This document shows, piece after piece, positions 17,276-26,603 of a stretch of DNA of 38,092 nucleotides (the stretch's first letter is position 1; the number at the start of each line of letters is the position of its first letter). The stretch is taken from positions 1 to 38,092 of the IMG/VR virus record IMGVR_UViG_3300049009_000559. One strand, given 5' to 3'. The position numbers and the translations under genes were made by a program. The notes beneath the pieces are model-generated. The model did not search any database. It saw only the letters and a list, made by a program, of their open reading frames with translations, and had not been told where the DNA came from. Origin of the DNA: a virus. Its lineage: Duplodnaviria; Caudoviricetes.

Positions 17276-17766
17276 AGGGCGCTCCCAATGGTGGAGGGGT
17301 CGGTGTAGGAAATGCTCCACCACACCTTGATACCGATTTTCACACCCACGGCAGGCCGGGAATCCCGGTTACCAAAGGGTTCAATGGAATCGACACGGCA
17401 CCGTTGCACGGTTTCCACGTTGTCGGTGGGATGGGGAAGGGACTGGCGGAGGCCAATGGCGGCTAAAACGTCGCCGGTGAGGTTCTCGATGGAGAGGCTC
17501 ACGTTCGACTGCTCGTCAGCGACGGCGTAGATGTACAGCAGGCTTTCGAAGGCCACGTCGTAGTTTGTCTCAGAGAAGAAACGGGTCGGGCCCCAGATGG
17601 GCATCACGGCAGGCTTCTGCTGAATTGCGGAAAGAGAGGTCGGGGGTTCGTCCAGAACCTCGACGATGGTGTTCTTGTATCCGTTCCCGGTAGTGATCTG
17701 CGACAGGGCGTCCTTGACGGCCTCGCGGATACGGGATTGCTGCAGGCTAGCGTTCGCGTAGATCAT
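17272..17766 (-). CDS. Tail terminator/completion protein
   Basis: RIREAVKDALSQITTGNGY N-terminal pattern; position before the tail tube. Confidence 0.65.
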   Translation of the reverse strand: MIYANASLQQSRIREAVKDALSQITTGNGYKNTIVEVLDEPPTSLSAIQQKPAVMPIWGPTRFFSETNYDVAFESLLYIYAVADEQSNVSLSIENLTGDVLAAIGLRQSLPHPTDNVETVQRCRVDSIEPFGNRDSRPAVGVKIGIKVWWSISYTDPSTIGSAL

Positions 17767-18170
17767 GCGGCCACCTTCTCGAGGGCAGCTTCGACCATGT
17801 CCGTGTAGTTCTGCAGGCCATCTTCCGCGAAATGCTCCTCAAGAGTGAGGCGCTTTTTCAGCTTGGAGGTGCCGGTCTGGTGCAGTTCCCAGTAATCGGC
17901 GCCGTCATTGTTCACGAGGCCCAGGATCTCATCCAGATTCGGGGAGTAGGTCTCAGCCGAAAAGGAGTTGTAGAGGTTCGAGGTGCGGCGGTTGAGGCCC
18001 ATGTCGGAGCCATCGCGCCCTGAAAGCTGCTGATCCTTGAAGTGCTGAACTTCGCCTTCGCTGACCCGCTGAACGCCCTTTTCCACATCCTCACGGAACT
18101 GGTCGGACTTCTTGGATAGGTCGAGGGCGACTTCATCCCACCCTTTGGGGGCAATGGTGGCGATCATCAA
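17763..18170 (-). CDS. Neck/virion morphogenesis protein (HK97 gp10-position)
   Basis: RRTSNLYNS...YWELHQTGT pattern typical of this class. Confidence 0.6.
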   Translation of the reverse strand: MMIATIAPKGWDEVALDLSKKSDQFREDVEKGVQRVSEGEVQHFKDQQLSGRDGSDMGLNRRTSNLYNSFSAETYSPNLDEILGLVNNDGADYWELHQTGTSKLKKRLTLEEHFAEDGLQNYTDMVEAALEKVAA

Positions 18171-19036
18171 TCCACCAACCTGTTCATGTAGGGAGAGAGA
18201 AGGTCGCGAACCTCGGGAAGGGAGAAGTAATCCGCCTTCAAATCCGAGCGGCTCATGCGCTGCACATTGTCCACGCTGACCTGAATGTTCCCGAAGTTGT
18301 CGCGGTTCGTCCGGTAGTACCGGATATGCAGCTCCACACCCTCAACGAGGGCCGGGAAAGCCTCGGCAAGACTTTGGCTTGAGCAGGAGGTCAGCGAGGC
18401 CGTCACGCCCGTGGCGGCGCTCAAAACGCCCCCCGAGGTGTTCACGGTATAGGTCGTATATTCGGTGATGGTCTCGGCAGCCTGAAAGATCCCGGATAGG
18501 GTCTCGATCGTGATCGAGGTCGCCCCCCGCGCCCGGATGATGCCGATGGCGAGGGAGGTTGCGCCCTGGATGTACTTGCCGACGGTCAGGGTGCCGCCTG
18601 CGTCCGTGGACTTCACCCAAACCGAGTTCACCGGATGGGCAGCAAGGCCTCCGGTGTAGGTGATGCGGACAGTATTGGGGCCGACAATCGAGATCGGAGA
18701 GTAGGCGGACAGTAGGGCGTCAATTTGCACCGCCCGACCTTCCACAATATGGAAGTCGGTGATGGTTATCTCCGAACCGGTGAAAAGCCCCGTCGCATCG
18801 TATTTCACCGAAGCAACGGAGGTAATCGGGTAGGCAGGGAGATAGAACTTCCTTTGGCCCAAGGTCGCGGAGATCGTGATCGTCCGCTCCTTGAGTTCCA
18901 GAGAGTCAATTCTGCGAAGGTACGCTTCAACCCGCGAACTGGCGGAGGCCACGACCCGTCCCAAGCTCCCGTCCTCTTTCGAGTCGGAAACCCCAAGATA
19001 GGCCTTGGCTCTCGCCACGCTCGTGAGCTGCACCAA
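18167..19036 (-). CDS. Head-tail connector/adaptor (gp6-like) with an internal insertion
   Basis: LTSVARAKAYL..D..L...ASSRVEAYLRR, YPITSVASV, VRITYTGG, LPEVRDLLSPY. Confidence 0.75.
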   Translation of the reverse strand: MVQLTSVARAKAYLGVSDSKEDGSLGRVVASASSRVEAYLRRIDSLELKERTITISATLGQRKFYLPAYPITSVASVKYDATGLFTGSEITITDFHIVEGRAVQIDALLSAYSPISIVGPNTVRITYTGGLAAHPVNSVWVKSTDAGGTLTVGKYIQGATSLAIGIIRARGATSITIETLSGIFQAAETITEYTTYTVNTSGGVLSAATGVTASLTSCSSQSLAEAFPALVEGVELHIRYYRTNRDNFGNIQVSVDNVQRMSRSDLKADYFSLPEVRDLLSPYMNRLVD

Positions 19037-19043
19037 TCACCCC

Positions 19044-19472
19044 TTAGCCGACGGCGTTGAGGTCTTTGATCGGAAACGCTTTGGCGGAGAAGTTCAGGCC
19101 CGTGGCGATCGTTCCGGACACCCAAGTCTTGATGCGAACCTGGTAGTCTTTGGGGTTGTAGAATCCCTGACGGATCGAGCCCGTCGCGTTCGCGTCACCG
19201 CTCGAGGCAGTCTTGGCGGTCGCACCGAGGGCGCGGAAACCACCAATTTCCGTCCAAGTGGTCGTCGCTGCGCGGGTGTTCGCTTCAACCGTGATGATAT
19301 ACAGCTCGTCGGCAGACGCGATTTCAGCGGCCGTCCAGTCGATCTGAACCGCGAAGGCGCCACCGTCCAGAAGGACAGCAGTTTCAGCGGTGGTGGCGGC
19401 CACAAGGCCGGCTGCTTTAAGGGCAACGCCGCCGATGGGGGCGACGGGGGTGTTGATGACGATTGCGGCCAT
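19044..19472 (-). CDS. Capsid decoration/cement-like protein
   Basis: 142 aa, beta-rich and Ala/Thr-rich, just downstream of the capsid gene. Confidence 0.5.
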   Translation of the reverse strand: MAAIVINTPVAPIGGVALKAAGLVAATTAETAVLLDGGAFAVQIDWTAAEIASADELYIITVEANTRAATTTWTEIGGFRALGATAKTASSGDANATGSIRQGFYNPKDYQVRIKTWVSGTIATGLNFSAKAFPIKDLNAVG

Positions 19473-19487
19473 GATAGGCTCCTTGGT

Positions 19488-19817
19488 TTAAACGATGAAC
19501 TTCGCGACGCGGGGGATCGAGTTCGGCGAGGCACCGACAACCACAGGGGTGACCCCGTAGCCGAACGTCTGCATCACCGACTTCTTCCGGACTTCACTCT
19601 CGGCCTTGGATTTCTGCAAGTAATCGGGATTCTTGCGATCCTCGGGGTGAACCTGGCTTTCACCGGGAAGCACCTTGGGTGCGAAGGCAACCTCCATCGG
19701 GATTCCCTTTCCACCCGAAACCACAGCGGGTTCCGAGGTAAAGCTGGGCTTCCCGAAAGGGCTGACGGGGCCGGGGGTGTCCCCGGCGTCCGCCTTAGCT
19801 GCCTTCGCTCTCGGCAT
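19488..19817 (-). CDS. Hypothetical head-region protein
   Basis: 109-aa ORF coupled to the capsid stop (TAATG). Confidence 0.65.
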   Translation of the reverse strand: MPRAKAAKADAGDTPGPVSPFGKPSFTSEPAVVSGGKGIPMEVAFAPKVLPGESQVHPEDRKNPDYLQKSKAESEVRKKSVMQTFGYGVTPVVVGASPNSIPRVAKFIV

Positions 19818-20746
19818 TAGGTCACCGACTGCTTGACGGAGCTGATACGCACCGCAGCGCGGGGCTGCTTCATGGCGATACCGGCGTTCATCTCGAGGCG
19901 GGTGATCTCGGCGTGGGTGCCCGGGTTGGCCGTCTCGATTTCCAGAGTCTGCGCCGAGGGCGAGAAGCCGGTAACCGTGTCGGAACCGAAGCTGACCACA
20001 TAGACCGAGGAGGTCGTGGAAGCGCCCGCTCCGTCGTCCAGTTCGGTGGTCGACAGGAGGTCGTTGCCGGTGTAGGCGTCGAGCATGACGTAGATCGGGA
20101 CGTTGTAGTACGAAAGAACCTTGGCACCGAAGGCGTCCACGGTGTACTGGATGTTCTGCTGACCGGCCGCATTCGTGCGGGCCAGGTACGTCAGGCGCTG
20201 ACGAACCTTCTTTGTCACGAAAATGGCCTTGTTGCCGCTGTCGGCAATCTGGTCCATCGCATCGTCCATCATGGCCATCGTCAGCAGATCGCCGCCCGAG
20301 GTCGAACCCGCCGAGATCTTCTGACCCGGGAACAGGTTGGCGATGTACGACTTGATGCCGAGCAGGCTCGTGCCGCCCGCACCTTCAAACATATCCGTGG
20401 TCCACTTCTTGGCGATAGCCTGGATCTGCATCAGTTCCTGGTCGACCGCGCCCGAGGGGTTTCCCTTGCGGAGAGCCTTGTCGATCTCGAGCTTGCCTCC
20501 GTAGTTCTTCCACGGGATGTTGTACGTCGAGGACTTGCCGAAGTCCGACGTGTAGTCCGCGAGGAAGTCGCGCGGCGCCACGGTCGGCAGGGTGTCCACG
20601 ATGGTCAGGGGCTTATGGAAGCCCGAGATCGTCTCGAAGGACAGAAGGCCCATCGGAACGAAAGAGGTGGCGAACACGTTGGCGACTTCGACCGCCTGCG
20701 GGTTCTTGATGAGTTTCGACTGTTCGAAGAGGGTCGTTTCGGCCAT
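19817..20746 (-). CDS. Major capsid protein
   Basis: 309 aa, strong codon bias, GGAGG RBS; LPTVAPR, GGKLEIDK, Y.NVPI patterns; follows the scaffold gene. Confidence 0.85.
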   Translation of the reverse strand: MAETTLFEQSKLIKNPQAVEVANVFATSFVPMGLLSFETISGFHKPLTIVDTLPTVAPRDFLADYTSDFGKSSTYNIPWKNYGGKLEIDKALRKGNPSGAVDQELMQIQAIAKKWTTDMFEGAGGTSLLGIKSYIANLFPGQKISAGSTSGGDLLTMAMMDDAMDQIADSGNKAIFVTKKVRQRLTYLARTNAAGQQNIQYTVDAFGAKVLSYYNVPIYVMLDAYTGNDLLSTTELDDGAGASTTSSVYVVSFGSDTVTGFSPSAQTLEIETANPGTHAEITRLEMNAGIAMKQPRAAVRISSVKQSVT

Positions 20747-20790
20747 GTTGTAATCCTCCGCGCAACTGAATCGTGCGCTATGATGACAAC

Positions 20791-20819
20791 ACTATGGCGA
20801 GGAATATTCGAACAGGCAA
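20791..20819 (-). promoter_or_regulatory. Possible internal promoter for the capsid/tail genes
   Basis: TTGCCT, 17 bp, CATAGT in the 99-bp gap upstream of the capsid gene. Confidence 0.35.
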
Positions 20820-20845
20820 TAAATCGTGACGCTGGTTAAATATCT

Positions 20846-21085
20846 CTACCGCTTTATTCCGCTTTGTTCCGCTTTTGCTTTTTCGAGTGCCTCGTTAAGG
20901 GTAGAGAGAACCCTATACAGCTTAATGAGGTTGTGCGGGTGAGGTTTACTGCGGGATCCGTTCTCAAGGTCTCTGATAGCGTTTACTGACGGCGAGGTTT
21001 CCCAGTATCGCAGGATGCGGAGGCGAAGCTCTCCACGAGAAAGCCCCGCTCTTTCCCGCTCATTCCTGAGAATCTCGCCGAACAT
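20846..21085 (-). CDS. XRE-type HTH protein
   Basis: FGEILRNERERAGLSRGEL...SVNAIRDLENG..KP. Confidence 0.75.
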   Translation of the reverse strand: MFGEILRNERERAGLSRGELRLRILRYWETSPSVNAIRDLENGSRSKPHPHNLIKLYRVLSTLNEALEKAKAEQSGIKR

Positions 21086-21826
21086 TTAGAGCCCCCGAGC
21101 CGTGCGGAAGTTTCGCTTCGCCTCCTCGGCGGTCAAGACGTCGTTCCCACCACCAGATCCACCCTTGTGGCTCGAGCCCGTCCCCGTGACGCCCGACCCG
21201 GAAAACAGATCCTTGCGGGTTTCTGCCAGCCAAGCGACAACTTCGTCCACGCTGCCCACGGCCACGGCCTCTTTCTTGTCGTTCAGCTTGTTGAAGTACG
21301 GGGTGCCGTCCTCCTTGTGTCCGATCAGACCACGAGCCTTGAGCAGAATGTGGATGTCATCGGGCTCGGTCGCCTTATTCTTGCCGGCCGCTGCGATCAC
21401 AGCCGACTTGAGGTCGGTTTCACGCTTCTCGGCGGTGGCGCTTGCTGCGGCCTTCTCGGCATCGGTCATTTTTGTGGTGATCTCGTCGAGCTTCTTCTGG
21501 CCTTCGGCGATCTTCTCTTCCAGGGCGCGGTATTCGGGGGAATCCGTACCTTTCCCGGTCGATTTCCACGAGTCCTTTTGTTTCACCAGGTCGGCATTCA
21601 CCGTTTTCAGGTTCCCAAAGTCCTTGAGAAGGCCGTCCGTGTCCTTGGCTCCCGTTTCCTTGAGTATGCGGGAGAAGGCATCAGCCGCGGACTTGTACTC
21701 GCCGAGTTTGCCAAGATCCGCTTCGATCTCGGGCGTCAGCTTTCCCGCCTTTTCGTTCAGCCCCTTGACGTATGCAAGGACTTCGGGCTTGTCCGCAAGG
21801 GCGGTTTCGATTTCGGTGAATTCCAT
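21086..21826 (-). CDS. Capsid scaffolding protein
   Basis: Charged coiled coil ending in DLF + Gly/Ser-rich tail; between portal and capsid. Confidence 0.8.
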   Translation of the reverse strand: MEFTEIETALADKPEVLAYVKGLNEKAGKLTPEIEADLGKLGEYKSAADAFSRILKETGAKDTDGLLKDFGNLKTVNADLVKQKDSWKSTGKGTDSPEYRALEEKIAEGQKKLDEITTKMTDAEKAAASATAEKRETDLKSAVIAAAGKNKATEPDDIHILLKARGLIGHKEDGTPYFNKLNDKKEAVAVGSVDEVVAWLAETRKDLFSGSGVTGTGSSHKGGSGGGNDVLTAEEAKRNFRTARGL

Positions 21827-21835
21827 ATTGTCTCC

Positions 21836-23275
21836 TTACGGCATCGCCGCATTCATGGGGGGTTGATTATTCTGCTCGGTGGGCGTCCAGATGTCGATTT
21901 CAGCGTTGATTTTGCCCTGCGCGGTGGTATTCTCGGTGATCTCAGGCGTGAGGGACTTGTAGGCATCCCGCATTCCAAGGACGCTTGGGAACTTTGCGTC
22001 CATCAAGCCCTTAACAAAGGCCAGTTTGTCGTTGTACGACCGGATGTCGAAGTCTTGCGGGTAGGTGATGGAAAGGTTAGGGGATAGCTGCCCAGACATT
22101 CTACCTACCATCCGAATCGCCTGATCCTCAAACCGCTGCAGGGCTCTGGCACAGGCAGAAAGAACACCGTTCACGCTCGTGAAGTCGTAAGCCTTGGAGA
22201 TACCCGAAGATGGCATTTGGGCGGTAGTGACCGAAAGTGCCGACTTCTCGTTGTCCAGCGCCATCTCGAAGTACTTGTCTGCCCGCTTCGCTGCGGCGTC
22301 GATAAGGTCGAGGGGCTGCTCGAGATACGCGGGCTTATCACCAGAATTCTGGTAAACGAGGACGTTGGCTTCGTCCCGCTCCTTCTTGATCTTCTTCAGG
22401 TTGCTGTCGGGGCTGACCTCGCTCGTCTGACCATCCGACTCGTCCAGATCCTGCACATTCATCAGCAGGGTGGAGGATGAGCCCTTGTATACCTCGAAGT
22501 TAGAGGCGCAGGACAGGTTGTTCGCAGAGAAAATGTACCGAGAGGTGGCGAAGAAACTTGTTTTGCCGAGCGTCTTATTCGGGTCGACGAACTGGGCCTG
22601 AATGACAACAGGCACGAACCCAAACGGATTGGGAGTTCTGGTCGGATGACCCTTCGTTCCCCTGACGATGTACTCGTCCCGGGTCCAGGTCACCAGTTTC
22701 TCTTCGTACTTGGCTGCGGCCAAACCGTTTCCGTCAGGCGCTTCCCGGGGGGATTCGTCCGAGGTGGTGTACTGGAACCACTTGAGGCTTCCGTCCTTAT
22801 CCCATTCGAAGTCAACGACCTGAAAGGGGGATAGGATGGTGATGTACGGGACGCCACGGGTCTCTTCTTCGAGTCGGTTTGCGGCTTCCAAGGCGGGTTT
22901 GTCAAGAACAGCGAAAACAGTCCCATACCCGGAGAGGGCGGGGGCAACCTCGTTCTGCATGATCTCGGCGAACTTCTGGCCGGACATATCTGCCCGATCC
23001 ACGAAGGCCTTTTGCATCGAGCTTAAGCCTTCCCGCTTCACGTCCCTCTGGTAGATCGTGTCACCCTTGATGCGAAGGAGCGATCCGGCGATGTTGATGA
23101 ACCCCGACATATAGGTCGGTTCCCGCTCCTTGTACGCCGTGAGCGTCTCCTTGGGCAGCCGGATGAAATACTCGGCTTCCGAATACTTGTCCTCGTCCTC
23201 TTCGATCAGGACGCGGGCACGCTCCCATTTGGTAAGAACGGTTTTTATTTCAGGGTGGCGGCTTGTGATTCTCAT
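21836..23275 (-). CDS. Portal protein
   Basis: 479 aa directly after terL; NPFGFVPVV and SGISKAYDF patterns (SPP1 gp6-like). Confidence 0.85.
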   Translation of the reverse strand: MRITSRHPEIKTVLTKWERARVLIEEDEDKYSEAEYFIRLPKETLTAYKEREPTYMSGFINIAGSLLRIKGDTIYQRDVKREGLSSMQKAFVDRADMSGQKFAEIMQNEVAPALSGYGTVFAVLDKPALEAANRLEEETRGVPYITILSPFQVVDFEWDKDGSLKWFQYTTSDESPREAPDGNGLAAAKYEEKLVTWTRDEYIVRGTKGHPTRTPNPFGFVPVVIQAQFVDPNKTLGKTSFFATSRYIFSANNLSCASNFEVYKGSSSTLLMNVQDLDESDGQTSEVSPDSNLKKIKKERDEANVLVYQNSGDKPAYLEQPLDLIDAAAKRADKYFEMALDNEKSALSVTTAQMPSSGISKAYDFTSVNGVLSACARALQRFEDQAIRMVGRMSGQLSPNLSITYPQDFDIRSYNDKLAFVKGLMDAKFPSVLGMRDAYKSLTPEITENTTAQGKINAEIDIWTPTEQNNQPPMNAAMP

Positions 23276-24609
23276 CCGATAACTCTTCGGTTGGAGTGCA
23301 AAATCTGGCGTTTGATGGGGTAGCGGTACTCGATGGGGTAGCCGAAGGCGTCAGCCATGTGGCCGCGCTCGTCGTCCTTGTACTTGGATGCGAGGTATTC
23401 GTCGCGGTTGGACTTCTTGAGGTCAGCGAGAAGGCGGGGGCAGGCGTCCGTAATCAGGATGAATCGCTCACCCTTGGAGTTGCATAGGGCGCCGTTCACG
23501 GCGTTCAGGCGGTCAAGGCGGCGAGGGTTTGCAGGACGGTAGATCACCTTGAAGTCAAGACCCTTGAAGGCGTTGTTGACCTGGTTCAGGTCTGAGACGG
23601 CCACGGAGTTGTGCTTATCCCCGGTGGCGTCCTGATAGATGCGGTATTTGAAGCCGTGGCCGTACTTGGCGATGATGATCTGACACTTAGTTTCGGTGCT
23701 GCCGCGAATCCAGACCTCATCGAAGGCGATAAGGCGCTTCTTAGGCTCGTCCCCGGGCTTGTCGATCCAGTCCGGCACCTCCTGCATGATGATCGCGGTG
23801 TTCGGGTACCAGTTGTAATCGAAGCCGATGATGAGCGGGAGATCCTTATCTGGCTCGAAATCCTTGGCCGGAATGATGTTTTGGGCAGAAAATGAGTGGT
23901 ATGCCTGAGCATTGTTCAAGTTCACGAACTGACCGTCCATGTAGGCAGCAAGCTCTTCGGTGCTGTACGACTCTTCCATGTTGCGGAAATACTGCTCGGT
24001 TAGGAAGATGTTGTCCCGCGTCCGGGCTCGGATGTCGACCAGACCAGCCGGCCGCTTCTCACCCTCGACCACATCGGGGAACCATTCCACATCTTCGGGG
24101 GTGCCGGTCATGTACAGGCAGGGGAACTTTGCTTTGGGGTGACGGACACGCGCCACGCCCTGCTTGAAGGATTCGTAGGGCTGAACGCCAGGCTCGTCAA
24201 TGCCCCAAGAACCCATGTTCGGGCCTTTGTTCTTGTTCTCACCCGAGAGAATCACGAGCTTCCCGTCCCACGGGCGGATGGTGAACAGGTGGTCGACGCG
24301 GTTGTAAGTGAAATCCTTGTTTTTCCCCTCGCGCATCCCGATTCTATCCTCGAGCACCTCGAAGATCGCGGGTATCACAGTCAGCTTGGCCGTAGGGAAC
24401 GAAGGGGAGATGATGCCGTGAAGGATGCCCGGATCGAGGCGGGTTTGCAGGATCCCGCGCCATGCGCAGGACTCGGTCTTACCCGACCCGTATCCACCCA
24501 CCATCGCAAGATATGGCGCCCGGGATGCCAGAAAGTCCATCTGGTGCGGGAGAAGTGGTATTTCGGAGAACTCAGTCAGCATTCCGAGTGCCAGGAGAGT
24601 CGCCCACAT
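23272..24609 (-). CDS. terL: Terminase large subunit
   Basis: Walker A GGYGSGKT, Walker B GIDEP, TGTPE, nuclease GFDYN...HMADAFGY. Confidence 0.93.
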   Translation of the reverse strand: MWATLLALGMLTEFSEIPLLPHQMDFLASRAPYLAMVGGYGSGKTESCAWRGILQTRLDPGILHGIISPSFPTAKLTVIPAIFEVLEDRIGMREGKNKDFTYNRVDHLFTIRPWDGKLVILSGENKNKGPNMGSWGIDEPGVQPYESFKQGVARVRHPKAKFPCLYMTGTPEDVEWFPDVVEGEKRPAGLVDIRARTRDNIFLTEQYFRNMEESYSTEELAAYMDGQFVNLNNAQAYHSFSAQNIIPAKDFEPDKDLPLIIGFDYNWYPNTAIIMQEVPDWIDKPGDEPKKRLIAFDEVWIRGSTETKCQIIIAKYGHGFKYRIYQDATGDKHNSVAVSDLNQVNNAFKGLDFKVIYRPANPRRLDRLNAVNGALCNSKGERFILITDACPRLLADLKKSNRDEYLASKYKDDERGHMADAFGYPIEYRYPIKRQILHSNRRVIG

Positions 24610-25140
24610 TTAACCCGCCTTCTTTGTAGCCTTCACAAAGGTGAAGTTGAAAGTGCGGTTGTCGGTTACGTCCACCCCGTCAAATAGGCCGTGCTTCCGG
24701 GCAAGCATATCAAGAGCGTCGGTCTTGGACCAGAACTCGAGCTCGACAACAGAGTCGGAAATAGCCCCTTCTGGGGTGAAGTTCTGCTTGGCCTTGATCT
24801 TCTTGATCGCCCGGGTAGCTCCCTTGGGCAGGCTCGAGAAGGACTTGATCTTGACCGCTTCCCCCTCCTCGCATTCCACGAAGTCGGCGATGTCGGAGAG
24901 GGCGAGGATGGCCAGTTCTTCGACCACCCGTTCGGCGGTTGCTTCGGACTTGGCGACCGATTTGGCGCTTAAAGCCTTAAGCCGGGCTTTGATGGACGGT
25001 TTTGTAAGGATTTCCGTCCCGATCTGCCTTGCCGTCTTTTTTGAATAGCCTGCGGCTTCGGCAGCTTTGGTCGCGTTGCCGTTATTGGCCACATACTCAC
25101 GGCAAAAGGATTCTTCCTTCGGTGTGAGTGTTGCCTTCAT
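24610..25140 (-). CDS. terS: Terminase small subunit
   Basis: LTPKEESFCREY...NATKAAEAAGYSKKTARQIG (Terminase_2-type). Confidence 0.93.
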   Translation of the reverse strand: MKATLTPKEESFCREYVANNGNATKAAEAAGYSKKTARQIGTEILTKPSIKARLKALSAKSVAKSEATAERVVEELAILALSDIADFVECEEGEAVKIKSFSSLPKGATRAIKKIKAKQNFTPEGAISDSVVELEFWSKTDALDMLARKHGLFDGVDVTDNRTFNFTFVKATKKAG

Positions 25141-25264
25141 CTTGTCTCCCGCTTCGCCGTCCTTGGCGATGCAATATCGGACCAGTCCTTTGGCGTCGAT
25201 ATGGGAAACAATGCGACAGGAATTGTGTGCGGGATGAGGCTCAACCGCAATGGAGGGTATTTAG

Positions 25265-25310
25265 TTACGGCGAATTACGACGAATTGCGGCGAGAATTGT
25301 TCGCCGTAGA
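25265..25310. repeat. Three tandem 10-mers plus one inverted copy upstream of terS
   Basis: TTACGGCGAA TTACGACGAA TTGCGGCGAG aattg TTCGCCGTAG. Confidence 0.75.
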
Positions 25311-25323
25311 ACAAATGGCAAGG

Positions 25324-25560
25324 CTAGTCTGATGAAGCAAAGAGGGTTGAACTTCCCTGATGCCAATCAACAAAATATTGTGGCCCCCCTTTTCCGTCGT
25401 GATAGTCGAGTCTTACTTCGAAATCACCCTCTCCTCCGTTTGGGCTTGGAACAGCGACGGCTTTAAAAGGTCTTTCCAGTTCCGAGGAGAACCGGTTTAG
25501 TTGTTCGACAATCTTCTCAGCATCATCTTTGGTTCTTTTAACTGATGATCGAAATTTCAT
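25324..25560 (-). CDS. Hypothetical protein
   Basis: GGAGG RBS, ATGA-coupled start MKFRSSVK; lower GC than its neighbours. Confidence 0.6.
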   Translation of the reverse strand: MKFRSSVKRTKDDAEKIVEQLNRFSSELERPFKAVAVPSPNGGEGDFEVRLDYHDGKGGPQYFVDWHQGSSTLFASSD

Positions 25561-25781
25561 AATACCTCCGGGTAAATCGCCGCGTACATCTCGCGGGTGG
25601 TAGGCCAAGGATACAAATCCCCGGCCTCGTGCCTCTGGATGGTTCGGGTGTTGATCGGCTCCATGCCCTTGGCCTTCATCAGGTCGTGGAGCTTCTGGAC
25701 GGAATGGCGACGTTTCGCCCTAGCGGCAAGAAGGCGCCGGCCAAATTCCTCGGCGAGGCTTTTGCGTTTTTCAGGGGTCAC
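25557..25781 (-). CDS. XRE-type HTH protein
   Basis: FGRRLLAARAKRRHSVQKL...TRTIQRHEAG..YP. Confidence 0.7.
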   Translation of the reverse strand: MTPEKRKSLAEEFGRRLLAARAKRRHSVQKLHDLMKAKGMEPINTRTIQRHEAGDLYPWPTTREMYAAIYPEVL

Positions 25782-26059
25782 GCTGCCCTCCGCATTCCCT
25801 CGAACATGGCCCGGGTGTGGGCTCTCATCGAGGCCCGGGGATCTGCCTTTTCATGCTCGGATTCGCTTGCTGCGTTGAGCGGAAGGCCATCGTTTGCCCG
25901 AAGCCACCCTGAAAGCCAATCCGTGCGCCTGCGGGTGCCGATGGGATATGGGTTGTCCCTTCGGGTCAGGTCACGGGAAAAAGCCTCGTAGCCCTCCTTT
26001 CGGCTTGAGGTGTACTGGCGGTCAGGGGCGGGAACGGCGGGGAGAAGGATTTCGTTCAT
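25778..26059 (-). CDS. Rmf/CrpP-fold protein
   Basis: EGYEAF...DNPY....RTDWLSGW resembles the Rmf G-Y-x-A...PY...WLxGW signature. Confidence 0.65.
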   Translation of the reverse strand: MNEILLPAVPAPDRQYTSSRKEGYEAFSRDLTRRDNPYPIGTRRRTDWLSGWLRANDGLPLNAASESEHEKADPRASMRAHTRAMFEGMRRAA

Positions 26060-26178
26060 TTTTTGGGCCTTGTGTCGATTTGGTGCTTGGTGATTTCGAG
26101 GTGGAGAAGAACCTGGTTGACGGTGTGGCGCATTCTGGCAAGCCAGAGGGCGAAAAGGGCACGTTGGTGGGGGGTCAT
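26056..26178 (-). CDS. Small hypothetical protein, 40 aa (MTPHQRALFALWLARM...)
   Basis: ATGA overlaps at both ends fill the gap exactly. Confidence 0.55.
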   Translation of the reverse strand: MTPHQRALFALWLARMRHTVNQVLLHLEITKHQIDTRPKK

Positions 26179-26603
26179 GCTTCCTCCCCTTGGGAACCTG
26201 CGGCCCCGGTGCGGCCAATACAGGCCCCACGAAGCGTCCCATCAGCAAGCCTTGATTCGGGGCAAGTCAGGCCCGGCCCATCTTCCGGGCCGTGGTTATG
26301 GACGAGCGTGCGTCCCTCCCCCGTCATAGCCCCGGCCCCGCCAGAGAGCCTGCGGACGCAGGAGGCGAGGACTCCGAGCATAGATTCCGGGTCGGCCATA
26401 ATGTCAGCCGTTTTGAGACACAGCAGTTCTTCCGGTGTCAGCCCCCCGGTGAGCGGCATAGGGGAGGGGCTGCCGGAAATCTCGGCTTCCAAATCTTCGG
26501 CGTGGGCCTTCATGAATTCCGCTGCCTGCTCTCCTTCAAGGTGGGCGGCGATTCTCCATGCCATGTCCGTGCGCGGGGTCGGCTTGAGTTTCTGGTTGGT
26601 CAT
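26175..26603 (-). CDS. Hypothetical protein
   Basis: 142 aa, coupled; KPTPRTD N-terminus seen in phage early proteins. Confidence 0.65.
   Translation of the reverse strand: MTNQKLKPTPRTDMAWRIAAHLEGEQAAEFMKAHAEDLEAEISGSPSPMPLTGGLTPEELLCLKTADIMADPESMLGVLASCVRRLSGGAGAMTGEGRTLVHNHGPEDGPGLTCPESRLADGTLRGACIGRTGAAGSQGEEA

Noticed and set aside
16106-22087. Long plus-strand ORFs (16106..17308, 19005..19820, 19913..20839, 21102..21866, 21167..22087)
   Set aside because: Antisense shadows of GC3-rich structural genes; no RBS or motif support
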